A DNA stretch of 64,000 nucleotides, taken from assembly GCA_024233865.1 (NCBI GenBank), contig JACKPA010000012.1, positions 1 to 64,000 on the forward strand, written 5' to 3'. The stretch's first letter is position 1; every line of letters begins with the position of its first letter. The translations under genes were made by a program, and so were the position numbers. This DNA comes from Leptospiraceae bacterium (lineage in GTDB: Bacteria; Spirochaetota; Leptospiria; Leptospirales; Leptospiraceae). The notes under the pieces were generated by a model that was given only the letters and a program-made list of their open reading frames with translations, was not told the DNA's origin and searched no databases. Below are positions 1 through 9,439 of this stretch, in pieces.

Positions 1-90
1 ATACCGCTTAACTAAAAGTACCCGTAAAAAGCATCGGTTATTCCTTTCAAAATATAAAGTGAAAAAATTTTCGGAACAACTGCTTTTTTA

Positions 91-120
91 TTGACAAAAT
101 ACGAATCATACGTTTAGTTA
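91..120 (+). promoter_or_regulatory. Putative sigma70-like promoter (TTGACA -35, 18-nt spacer, TAGTTA -10) upstream of the recombinase gene
   Basis: ttgaca at 91-96 and tagtta at 115-120, 8 nt before the ATG at 129. Confidence 0.25.
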
Positions 121-128
121 TCCTTGCG

Positions 129-1223
129 ATGAATAAGGATTTAGAGTCTATAAAAAGCGAAACCAGAAAAAATTATGTCACTTTGGATATTCAAAAAGTT
201 TATAAAAAAATCCCAAAGTTTATTTCTAATTGGGAAATTAGGAACTATTTGGAATTAAATAAAATTTCGCCTGGATCCAAGGAATTTAAAGTATTAAAAT
301 CTTTTTTCATAGAAAAGAATGGACTTTACCGATGTATTTTTAGGAAACTTGAGCAAGAATATCAAGAAAAGCACAGAGTACCTGAACTTTTTTGTTACCA
401 AGAGTTCTTAAACTTACTTACTCTACGAAGATATAGCCGGCAAACTATTAAAAATTATAAAAATACCTTAAAAGTGACACATAATTGGTTTTATAAAAAT
501 TTGGAAAAGTGTTTAAATGAGGCAAGTAAGAGTGAATTATTAAAATTTTTCTTATTTCTTATAAAAGAAAAAAATGCTTCCTATTCTTCAATTCGCATTT
601 ATCGTTTTTCTATAGAATGTTATTTTAGGAATATATTGTGCAGGAACTTCAATCTTTATGAATTGGAAAAAATAAAAAAGGATAATCATATTCCAACGGT
701 TTTGACACACAGAGAAATTCAAAAAATTTTAAAAAGTATAGAAAATTTGAAACATAGGTTAATCCTTTCTCTTATGTATTCTTCAGGGCTCCGAGTTTCT
801 GAAGTAGTAAAACTCAAAGTTAGAGATGTTGATTTGGAAAATTTAACTTTAACTATACGAGAAGGAAAAGGCAAAAAAGATAGGCTAACCGTCTTTTCAG
901 AAAGTTTAAAAGATCATTTGCAAGATTTAATGGAAGATAAAACACCAGAAACTTTTTTGTTTATTTCCAACCAGGGTGTTGGAAAATATCCGGTTCATAC
1001 TAGAACGGTTCAGAAAGTATTCCAAAATGCTATAAAAAAAGCTAAAATTCAGAAAAAAGCAACTCCTCACGATTTAAGGCATAGTTTTGCGACTCACCTC
1101 TTAGAAAATGGGATTGATATACGTTACATTCAGACTTTATTGGGTCATAAAAACATTTCCACAACGACAATATACACAAGAGTAGCGAACCCTGCAATCA
1201 AAGGAATTAAGAGCCCGCTGTAG
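129..1223 (+). CDS. Tyrosine recombinase / phage-type integrase (XerC/D-like)
   Basis: The C-terminal catalytic region HDLRHSFATHLLENGIDIRYIQTLLGHKNISTTTIYTRV shows the R..HxxR..Y tyrosine-recombinase signature, preceded by a SAM-like N-terminal domain. Confidence 0.85.
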   Translation: MNKDLESIKSETRKNYVTLDIQKVYKKIPKFISNWEIRNYLELNKISPGSKEFKVLKSFFIEKNGLYRCIFRKLEQEYQEKHRVPELFCYQEFLNLLTLRRYSRQTIKNYKNTLKVTHNWFYKNLEKCLNEASKSELLKFFLFLIKEKNASYSSIRIYRFSIECYFRNILCRNFNLYELEKIKKDNHIPTVLTHREIQKILKSIENLKHRLILSLMYSSGLRVSEVVKLKVRDVDLENLTLTIREGKGKKDRLTVFSESLKDHLQDLMEDKTPETFLFISNQGVGKYPVHTRTVQKVFQNAIKKAKIQKKATPHDLRHSFATHLLENGIDIRYIQTLLGHKNISTTTIYTRVANPAIKGIKSPL

Positions 1224-1341
1224 TCTAATATGCCTAGTGTATTTATAACAAAATATTCGTATTCCGGTTTAAATTACTTTAATTTTATTACCATGCATAA
1301 AACCATGCTTATAGTATATATTATAATATAGGGAGAATGAT

Positions 1342-1860
1342 ATGATTCAAAAAATACTTAGCTTGGTTATGATTGCCTTGCTTTTGTGTTTTGTAGCTTG
1401 CAAAAAAAAAGATAAAGAGCAGACAGAACTTGATACAGACAGTAGTCAAAGTGAAAAACATCACGACCATGGGATGGAAGCACCTCCGGAAAATTCCACT
1501 CAAATGAAAGTTGTAAATGGAATCAAGGTAGTATTTGACCTAATGGATAAAGAAAATCACAAAAAAATGGTAGAAATCATGGGAGTTGACTTAAAAGAAG
1601 ACAGCAAAGATGACCATTATGCCCTACTCACTTTGCTAAATGATTCAGATAGCTCGTATATAAAAAATGCGGAAGTTGACATAGTTATAAATTATCCGGA
1701 TGGAAAGAAAGAGTCCAAAAAAGCAACTATTTTGGATGGTGCCAATATGTACCATTACCAAATCGGCTTTCAAGAATCGGGCAAAGGGATTTATAAAATC
1801 CAAACAAAAATTAAAACAACTGACAAAGAACTCAATTCTGAATCAGAGTTTAAATTGTAG
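1342..1860 (+). CDS. Hypothetical lipoprotein
   Basis: Signal peptide with lipobox (LLLCFVAC) followed by a charged, low-complexity mature region. Confidence 0.5.
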   Translation: MIQKILSLVMIALLLCFVACKKKDKEQTELDTDSSQSEKHHDHGMEAPPENSTQMKVVNGIKVVFDLMDKENHKKMVEIMGVDLKEDSKDDHYALLTLLNDSDSSYIKNAEVDIVINYPDGKKESKKATILDGANMYHYQIGFQESGKGIYKIQTKIKTTDKELNSESEFKL

Positions 1861-1893
1861 TTCTCATATAAGGGGTAGAATGGTAAGTTCATC

Positions 1894-4122
1894 ATGGAAT
1901 GGAATCTTGCTTCAATGGAACGATTGGGAATCATTTCTACTCCAATCAAAGAAGAAAAGGAGCACATTAAAAAGCTTTGTGAATCTTCTTTAGAAAATAA
2001 TTTACTACGTTATGAAGATTATTTAATCATTCGTGATTTAACTCACGTATCCCAAAATGTTTTTCCTATATACCCTCTTTTTGCAATTTTAATTGCTTTA
2101 CTGGAAGAAATGAATAACGGAGGTTTGTGTATTTCTCTTAAAAAAAGCAACCTTCAAAAAAGGCTAAGTAAGTTATTTGAAAATATCGTAAACACAGAAA
2201 ATGTCGCAAGTGATTTTTTTAACTCATTAAATGAAAACAAACTTTCCGATTTTATTACCGAAATACAAGAACCTTATTTGGAAAAATATTCCGAATTGGG
2301 TCTAACAGATTCTTATAAGAATTTCGTTTTAGAAAATAATCGACAAAGTGGTAATTCTTACTTTGTAACAATAAAACCTCTGGTTCATTATGTAAAAAAT
2401 GAGGAATCTTACCTCTTTTTGCAAAAATATTTTCTATACAGCATTCGATTAAAAGATACCATCCGTCAAAAATTAGAATTTAGGGAAAGAGTTCCAAGCA
2501 CTACGGACATGAAAAACTCTTTTGTCAAAGCAAAATTCGAAAGCAGAATACCGGAAATAGGGATTCCATTTGAACCCGGTTTGGAACAAAAATTACCGTT
2601 AGCTCTCTTTCGGCTAACACGATTTTTAATTATTTCCGGAGGTCCTGGAACAGGGAAAACAACCTTAGTGAAAAGGATTTTGTATAGAATTCTGGAAGAA
2701 AATCCATCGCTTTTGGAGACTGACCTACTACTCACTGCCCCTACGGGAAAAGCAACTCAAAGACTAACCGAATCCATACAGGATGGAATACCGGATACGA
2801 CAAACGAGTCAGCGAAAAAACTAAAAACCATAGAAGCGAAAACAATACATCGTGTTTTGGGTTATAGTCCGCATTACAATCATTTTATCTATCACAAAGA
2901 CAATAAACTCCCTGTTAAAGTCGTTGTTGTTGACGAAGTTTCCATGATTGACATCATTCTTATGACAAATCTCTTAGAAGCAATTCCAGAAGATGCTACC
3001 GTTATTTTACTAGGGGATAAAAATCAATTACCTTCCGTTGATTCAGGTGCTGTTTTATCTGACTTAGTTCCATCTGAAGATTCTTTAGCAACCTACTCCG
3101 AAGTCATTCAAAAATTAGCAAAAACAAATCTCAAATTAAACATCTCCCAAACAAACAAAGAGACAACTGACTTCTGTGATAAGATAGTTATTTTAAAAGA
3201 AAACCACAGGGAAAAAGTTGATAACAAATCTCTAAAAAATAGTATTTTTAAAATAGCGGAGCAAATCAATACAATAGGAAATGATAAAGATAAAGTTCAA
3301 AAATTTACATCCGAAGTAACTACCGTATATGATTTAATAGGATATCAAGATTTCTTTGATAGTTTGTTTGCAGAAACTTTATGGAATAAAAACGGAGTTT
3401 ACTTTATAGACTCCAGTGTTTATGATAAAGAAAATTCCGGAAAGTTCTTTTATCGGTTGTGCGAAACCTTTTGGGACCATAGCCTCCTTAAAACAAATTA
3501 TTTGGAACATCTTAATTATTTTTCTAAAGAAAGCCTTGACAATGAAACACTAAACAATACAGAAAATGCGTTAAAACTAGACAGAATATTCCAAGTCATC
3601 CATAAAAATAAAATACTACCGGTTGTGCGAAATGGAAAGTATGGAGTATATGGAATCAATTCCCATTTACGAGAGTACTGGAGAGGAAAGTTAAGAGAAA
3701 GAACCAATCTAAATTTTATGAATGAAGAGCTACTATCCGGTCTTCCTGTTATTATTACCCAAAATGATTATAACAAAAAGCTATTTAATGGAGATATGGG
3801 TGTAATATTGGATGGACAAAACGGGTTAATTGCAGTTTTTAAAAAGAATGAAAGATATATAAGCTTTTCTATTGACTTTTTATCCAGTTATGAATTGGCT
3901 TTTGCCATTACGGTTCATAAGTCACAAGGCTCCGAATACGATAGCATTATCATCGCTTTACCCTCCGGGCAAAAAAACAAAATTTTAACAAAGGAAATAC
4001 TTTACACAGGCATCACGAGGGCAAAAAGGTTTGCACTCGTTTATTCTGACAAACAAACACTTGAGACAACGATCTCAAAAAGAATAACAAGAGAGACAGG
4101 TCCATTCGTACCTGACAGATAA
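1894..4122 (+). CDS. recD: RecD/RecD2-like superfamily-1 helicase (exodeoxyribonuclease V alpha-like)
   Basis: Walker A GGPGTGKTT, Walker B VVVVDEVSMID, motif LLGDKNQLPSV, and the RecD C-terminal motif ITVHKSQGSEYD; the ~230-aa N-terminal extension has no recognisable domain. Confidence 0.8.
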   Translation: MEWNLASMERLGIISTPIKEEKEHIKKLCESSLENNLLRYEDYLIIRDLTHVSQNVFPIYPLFAILIALLEEMNNGGLCISLKKSNLQKRLSKLFENIVNTENVASDFFNSLNENKLSDFITEIQEPYLEKYSELGLTDSYKNFVLENNRQSGNSYFVTIKPLVHYVKNEESYLFLQKYFLYSIRLKDTIRQKLEFRERVPSTTDMKNSFVKAKFESRIPEIGIPFEPGLEQKLPLALFRLTRFLIISGGPGTGKTTLVKRILYRILEENPSLLETDLLLTAPTGKATQRLTESIQDGIPDTTNESAKKLKTIEAKTIHRVLGYSPHYNHFIYHKDNKLPVKVVVVDEVSMIDIILMTNLLEAIPEDATVILLGDKNQLPSVDSGAVLSDLVPSEDSLATYSEVIQKLAKTNLKLNISQTNKETTDFCDKIVILKENHREKVDNKSLKNSIFKIAEQINTIGNDKDKVQKFTSEVTTVYDLIGYQDFFDSLFAETLWNKNGVYFIDSSVYDKENSGKFFYRLCETFWDHSLLKTNYLEHLNYFSKESLDNETLNNTENALKLDRIFQVIHKNKILPVVRNGKYGVYGINSHLREYWRGKLRERTNLNFMNEELLSGLPVIITQNDYNKKLFNGDMGVILDGQNGLIAVFKKNERYISFSIDFLSSYELAFAITVHKSQGSEYDSIIIALPSGQKNKILTKEILYTGITRAKRFALVYSDKQTLETTISKRITRETGPFVPDR

Positions 4123-4217
4123 AAGAATACCATAGGCTTTGTAGGGGCATCCCTCTGTGGTTGCCCTTTAAATGAAACCAAAATGTTATATCGAAATTAT
4201 ATTAAAAGGAAACAATT

Positions 4218-5375
4218 ATGAATTATTTTTTAAAGGAATCCGAATTATCCATACAAAAACTGTTTCGGGATTATGTGAACAAAAGAATCATACCCAGCAG
4301 ATTTGAACTCGATCAAAAAAACGAGTTCCCCGATAAACATTTTGAAGAAATGGCTGTGTTAGATTTTTTCCGCGTTATGGTACCGGAAGAATACGGTGGT
4401 TTTGGAGACAACATCATGCAACTAACCATTGCAATTGAAGAATTGTCGAGAGGAGATGGTGGGATTGGTGTTTCATTTGCAGTTGATTCGATTGCCACAA
4501 AGGCTCTAATTCTGTTTGGCAGCAAGCAACAAAAAACGAAATATTTACCTTCTATTGCAGATGGAAAAATTCTCACCGGTTTTGCCTTAACCGAACCCAA
4601 CGCAGGGTCTGATGCTGGATCAATCAAAACAAGAGCCGTTCCAAAGAATGGTAGCTATGTAATAAACGGAGTCAAACAATTTATTACAAATGGCGAAGTA
4701 GCCTCTCTTTATGTTGTTTTGGCAGTTACCGACTCAGAAAAAGGGAAAAAGGGAGGACATACGGCGTTTTTAGTGGAAAAAGGTACGCCAGGTATTAGCT
4801 TTGGAAAAAAAGAAGACAAAATGGGAATACGGTCTTCCGTCACTAGAGAGGTAATATTTGAGGATTGCGTAGTCCCGGAAGAAAATATATTGGGAAATCT
4901 TGGTCAAGGGTTTTATATAGCTATGAATCTTTTGGACAAAAGTAGAATAGGAATTGGTGCCCAGGCAATTGGAATCGCGGAAGCAGCTTTAGAAGAAGCT
5001 TGCAAATATGCAAAACAAAGAAAGCAATTTGGTCAATCTATTCATTCGTTTCAGGGAATTCAATTTATTTTGGCTGATATGGCTACTGCTATAGAAGCGG
5101 CAAGATTATTGGTATACCAAGCAGCAAAATTGGCTGATAGTGGCAGTGACGTTCCTTTAACAAAAATTGCTTCTATGTCCAAGCTGTTTGCTTCCGATAC
5201 TGCTGTCAAAGTGACAAATGATGCTTTGCAAGTATTCGGAGGTTATGGATACATGAAAGAATACCCAATGGAAAAATTTGTAAGAGATGCCAGAGTAACA
5301 CAAATTTACGAAGGGACAAATCAAATCCAAAGGCTTGCCATTGCAAATTCTTTGATCAAAGAACCTTTCTTTTGA
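4218..5375 (+). CDS. Acyl-CoA dehydrogenase
   Basis: Motifs FALTEPNAGSDAGS, QIYEGTNQIQRLAIA and YGYMKEYPMEKF; length 385 aa; Shine-Dalgarno AAGGAAA upstream. Confidence 0.9.
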   Translation: MNYFLKESELSIQKLFRDYVNKRIIPSRFELDQKNEFPDKHFEEMAVLDFFRVMVPEEYGGFGDNIMQLTIAIEELSRGDGGIGVSFAVDSIATKALILFGSKQQKTKYLPSIADGKILTGFALTEPNAGSDAGSIKTRAVPKNGSYVINGVKQFITNGEVASLYVVLAVTDSEKGKKGGHTAFLVEKGTPGISFGKKEDKMGIRSSVTREVIFEDCVVPEENILGNLGQGFYIAMNLLDKSRIGIGAQAIGIAEAALEEACKYAKQRKQFGQSIHSFQGIQFILADMATAIEAARLLVYQAAKLADSGSDVPLTKIASMSKLFASDTAVKVTNDALQVFGGYGYMKEYPMEKFVRDARVTQIYEGTNQIQRLAIANSLIKEPFF

Positions 5376-5473
5376 AAATACGCTATAGGACAATATACAC
5401 GAATTAGATTGGCTTTTGGAAAAGTATTTCAGGCTTCCAGTCTGAAAATAACTAGCAAGATGCTTGTTATACC

Positions 5474-7171
5474 TTATGAAAAGTTAGTTTTTTTGTATTC
5501 GATAGGTGTTATTCCCGTATATTTTCGAAATGCCCTGTAAAATGCGCTTTTACTCTCAAAACCAACTTCATAAGCAACCCTTAAAATAGGATAATCCGGT
5601 TTTTCTTCCATCATAGAAATAGCACCTTTGATTCTATAGTCTGTAAGCAACTCCCAAAAGGATTTTCTTAAGTGGGTATTTAATAAATAACTAAGTTTGT
5701 GAAGTTTTGTGTCTAGTATTCGTGCCAAAATAGGTAGGCTGAGATTTTCGTTTTTATAAATCTTCTCTTTCTCAAATAAGTATTCTATTTTTTCTTTTAG
5801 CAGTAAAACTTCGGTTGAATCTAATTCAAAAACAGATGAGCTATCTACTTTGGATTTTACGTCCTTCTTCTCATCCCACCTATTCATTTTGGTTTTAAGT
5901 TCTTCTATTTTTAGTTTTAAAAAATCATTCCTTTCTTGGTGTTTTTGAAATTCGATAGATAAAATCTGATAACGGTGCGCAAAAGATACTAGAAAGAAAA
6001 AAGCAAAAAAGAACAAGTCTATTAGATGGCTTTGTGCAGTAATTAGCATTTTTAAGACATGATTGTCTAAGGAAAGAAAGTCTAATTTTATAAAATTTCC
6101 GATAACTAAAAAGTGGTACACCAAAGATATTTCTGCAAGAATAAATAGGGGAATGATTAGCCTTGTTACCCTCCCACCCTTAAAAAAACTAACACAACTA
6201 ATAAATATTAAAAAGCTCGCATGGCTTATAATTACGATAAAAAATAAGTGCAATCCAAGTCGAATAAAAAGAAACGAAAATACCCCTAAAGCAAAATAAA
6301 AATAGTTGGAAAAAATGAGATAGAAGTAAACGGACTTTATTCTGCTTTTTAGATCAAACAGCCTAGCCACAATTAAATTGAGGGCTATCCCCCCAAGAGA
6401 AATTACACAAAACATCAAAAAAACAATTCGATTGGGTGAATTGGTTTGGATTAAAAAATTAAAGCTTCCGCTTGGAATTAAAAATAATAAACAGTGCATA
6501 GTTAAAAATAGCAATAGATAAGCATACAAACGATCTTTTAAAATATAGAGTAGATTTAAAAAATAGATAAAAACAAATCCAAACATTCCTAAATAAATTA
6601 TTTTAGTAGTTTGTTCAACAACATTCATCTCAGAAAATGTTGCTTCTGTTAAAACAGATATTGGCAAATTAAAAGGAGTTGTGCTTCTTATTTTTAAGTA
6701 AATGGAAACGGTTTCTTTTTTGTTCACTTGAAATGGAAATACCGGTCTTGTATAAGAAACAGGCCAATCAATGGAAGATATGTGGAGACCACCCTTTCCT
6801 CTTTTTATAACTAGGTTGTTTTTGGGGTTTACCAAATAAAATTCTATTAAATCTATCATCAATTCACCGGGATCAAACAATAAAGTTACGGAATTATTCG
6901 GATTGAATACCGTTATTTTTAGCCAAACTTGTCCATTTACGAAGCCTAGGTTAATTATATTTTTTCCTTTGTTACTCCACTCTGGATGGTTTGGGGAAAG
7001 AATGTCTTCAAGTGATAGTTTATTTTCGGAATCCAGGATATACCAGGTATTCCACTGTATTGGTTTTTGATTCGTAAAAATTGATTGACTTTCACTTTTG
7101 CACAAAAATGAGAAAAATGTGAGGATCAATATAAACAGTAATTGCCACAGCCCAAAAGTATTTTTTTTCAT
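5474..7171 (-). CDS. AraC-family transcriptional regulator fused to a 7TMR-DISM-type 7-TM sensor
   Basis: Signal peptide, periplasmic domain, 7 hydrophobic helices, a coiled coil, and a C-terminal AraC helix-turn-helix (AYEVGFESKSAFYRAFRKYTGITPIEYKK). Confidence 0.7.
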   Translation of the reverse strand: MKKNTFGLWQLLFILILTFFSFLCKSESQSIFTNQKPIQWNTWYILDSENKLSLEDILSPNHPEWSNKGKNIINLGFVNGQVWLKITVFNPNNSVTLLFDPGELMIDLIEFYLVNPKNNLVIKRGKGGLHISSIDWPVSYTRPVFPFQVNKKETVSIYLKIRSTTPFNLPISVLTEATFSEMNVVEQTTKIIYLGMFGFVFIYFLNLLYILKDRLYAYLLLFLTMHCLLFLIPSGSFNFLIQTNSPNRIVFLMFCVISLGGIALNLIVARLFDLKSRIKSVYFYLIFSNYFYFALGVFSFLFIRLGLHLFFIVIISHASFLIFISCVSFFKGGRVTRLIIPLFILAEISLVYHFLVIGNFIKLDFLSLDNHVLKMLITAQSHLIDLFFFAFFFLVSFAHRYQILSIEFQKHQERNDFLKLKIEELKTKMNRWDEKKDVKSKVDSSSVFELDSTEVLLLKEKIEYLFEKEKIYKNENLSLPILARILDTKLHKLSYLLNTHLRKSFWELLTDYRIKGAISMMEEKPDYPILRVAYEVGFESKSAFYRAFRKYTGITPIEYKKTNFS

Positions 7172-7371
7172 TTTTTTAATAAATTATATTTGGAACTTCA
7201 TCAAATATATTTTATCTTTTAGTACGAATTAGAAAAAGTCAAATGACTTTTATTTGTGATAGTATCATTTTTGTAAGAATTTTTGTAGAGTAAGTAAACA
7301 TTAAATTGACATTTGGTTATATAAATTATATCAATCAAATATGTTAAGATCCAATTTTTTAGGATTTAGAA

Positions 7372-9075
7372 GTGTTTATCCGATTTTTAGAAAATAGTTA
7401 TTTTCTAAAATATTTCCATAACCTGTCTATCAGAAAAAAAATATTTTTGAATGGCTTTCTCGCCATACTTTTATTTTCGTTTGTAATATTCATAAAAATC
7501 ATTCCGCTATTGGAAAGAGAAAAACATGCAGAACGTCAAGGGCGGATAAAAGCAGTTGTAAATTCTGTTGTTTCTCTTATGGATTATTATGAGCATGTCC
7601 TTCGACAGAAGGAATGGAAAACTGATTCTACCTTACCCCAAACAATAGTAGAAGCAAAAAAATTAATGATTAAACAACTACGGCAAATGAGATACGATAA
7701 AACGGAATTCTTTTTTGTACTGGATGGGAATGGAAATGTGGTTTTGCATCCTCTAAAACCGGAATTGGAAGGTAGCAATTTATTAAATATTCAAGATAAA
7801 AACGGCGAGTATCCCTTTAAAAAAATAGTTATGCAATCCCAAAGAGACTTCGAAACTACCGTGAGTTACGTATGGGAATCAAAATACAATTCAGTTATTT
7901 TTGAACCCCAGATTGTTTATGCAAAGTACTTTTGGTCTTGGGATTGGATTGTTTGTTCGGGAGTGTTTACGCAAGATATAGAAGATTCGGTAAAAAACGT
8001 TATATATTTTGCAAGTTTTTATGTACTACTTACTTCCGTAACCGTGTCCATTATGCTACTATTATTTGTCTATTTGTATTTTAAAATTCCGTTTATCAAA
8101 CTTTTGCAAGGAATGAAAGAAGTCAAGAAGGGAAACCTGGATCACAAAGTGATTTTACCTTTTGAAGACGAACTGGGATATTTTGCAAACCAATTCAATA
8201 TAATGGTAGAATATCGCAAGGAGGCAGAACGGAAGATAAATGATTTTAACCTATCCCTTGATAAAAAGGTAAAAGAGAGAACAAGCGAGCTACAAAAATT
8301 ACTCTCTTATAATGCCAATTTGATGAAAGCATTAGAAGTAAAAATGATAGAAACCGAGAGAGATAAAAAGGAAATCGAAAAGTTGGCAGAATCCAGAAAA
8401 AAATTATCAATGATTGGGCAGATGGTAGCTGGGATTGTCCATGATATAAAAAACCCAATAGCTTCCGTAAAAGCTCTCTCTGAAATGGCAAATTCTAGTG
8501 AGATAGGTCGGGAAATGAGGATGGAATATTTGGAATTGATCTTCAGAGAAGCGGAAAGGTTGAATGACATGGCTTATGAAATTCTTGATTTTTCAAAAGG
8601 TGAATTGCTTCTTGATCTTAGTGATGTGAGTTTGAAAGAGTTTATAGATGAAATATTTACATTTTTAAAAATTGACTTTGAACATCTCGGAATTAACCTT
8701 TTAATAGATTTACATTTTGATGGAGTTATTTCGGTTGATTCAAATAGATTACGAAGAGTAATAATCAATCTGGCAAAAAATGCTATGGAAGTCATGAACG
8801 ATGGAAAAACCGGATACTATTTTAAAGTCAATTCTGTTAGGCAAGACAACCAATTCATCCTTTCTTTGGCAGATAATGGACCTGGTATTCCGATTTCACT
8901 GGAAGAAAAAATCTTTGAAGCATTTGCCACAGAAGGTAAAATTTATGGAACAGGACTCGGACTATTTATGAGTAAATGGATCATAGAAGCACATAAAGGT
9001 GAATTAAAATACAAAACAAAAAAGGGAGAAGGAACGACATTTTCGATATTCCTTCCCTTAAATTCAGGAGAATAA
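7372..9075 (+). CDS. Sensor histidine kinase (Cache-like periplasmic domain, HAMP, HisKA, HATPase_c)
   Basis: H-box IVHDIKNPIASV, N/G boxes (NLAKNAME; DNGPGIP; GTGLGL), two transmembrane segments; GTG start. Confidence 0.8.
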   Translation: MFIRFLENSYFLKYFHNLSIRKKIFLNGFLAILLFSFVIFIKIIPLLEREKHAERQGRIKAVVNSVVSLMDYYEHVLRQKEWKTDSTLPQTIVEAKKLMIKQLRQMRYDKTEFFFVLDGNGNVVLHPLKPELEGSNLLNIQDKNGEYPFKKIVMQSQRDFETTVSYVWESKYNSVIFEPQIVYAKYFWSWDWIVCSGVFTQDIEDSVKNVIYFASFYVLLTSVTVSIMLLLFVYLYFKIPFIKLLQGMKEVKKGNLDHKVILPFEDELGYFANQFNIMVEYRKEAERKINDFNLSLDKKVKERTSELQKLLSYNANLMKALEVKMIETERDKKEIEKLAESRKKLSMIGQMVAGIVHDIKNPIASVKALSEMANSSEIGREMRMEYLELIFREAERLNDMAYEILDFSKGELLLDLSDVSLKEFIDEIFTFLKIDFEHLGINLLIDLHFDGVISVDSNRLRRVIINLAKNAMEVMNDGKTGYYFKVNSVRQDNQFILSLADNGPGIPISLEEKIFEAFATEGKIYGTGLGLFMSKWIIEAHKGELKYKTKKGEGTTFSIFLPLNSGE

Positions 9076-9076
9076 A

Positions 9077-9439
9077 ATGAAAAAAATACTTATTGTAGAT
9101 GATCAAGCCCCAATGGCAAAAATTTTAGGTGATATTTTAAAAAAAGGAAATTTTGAAATCCATTTTGCTGTCAACGGGCAGCTAGGAATCAATAAAGCCA
9201 TAGAATTAAAGCCAGACCTCATTATGATGGATATAATGATGCCTGTCAAAACGGGTATAGAAGCAATTAAAGAATTGAAAGATATGAGCGAATTTCAAAA
9301 TACACCTATGTATCTTGTTTCAGGTAAAGGTGGAACACGTGATGTAAATCTTGTGAAGGAATTGGGAATAAATGGTTTTATCGCCAAACCCTTTACCCCC
9401 AGTATTATATTGGAAGAGATAATTAAGGTTTTGGCATGA
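9077..9439 (+). CDS. Single-domain response regulator (CheY-like receiver)
   Basis: ILIVDDQ...DLIMMDIMMP...FIAKPF receiver motifs; 120 aa; good RBS; its stop overlaps the next ATG (ATGA). Confidence 0.85.
   Translation: MKKILIVDDQAPMAKILGDILKKGNFEIHFAVNGQLGINKAIELKPDLIMMDIMMPVKTGIEAIKELKDMSEFQNTPMYLVSGKGGTRDVNLVKELGINGFIAKPFTPSIILEEIIKVLA

Noticed and set aside
129-1223. Integron integrase (IntI) with a downstream attC or gene cassettes
   Set aside because: The protein lacks the extra IntI-specific insertion near the C-terminal catalytic region, no attC-like imperfect palindromes follow, and the downstream genes are full-size chromosomal-type genes.
1700-1993. 97-aa plus-strand ORF overlapping the lipoprotein and recD-like starts
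   Set aside because: Alternative frame of two well-supported genes; no domain signal; spurious.
4123-4217. Hairpin aggggcatccctctgtggttgccct after the recD-like gene as an intrinsic terminator
   Set aside because: The stem is imperfect (bulged) and no U-tract follows, so it is too weak to call.
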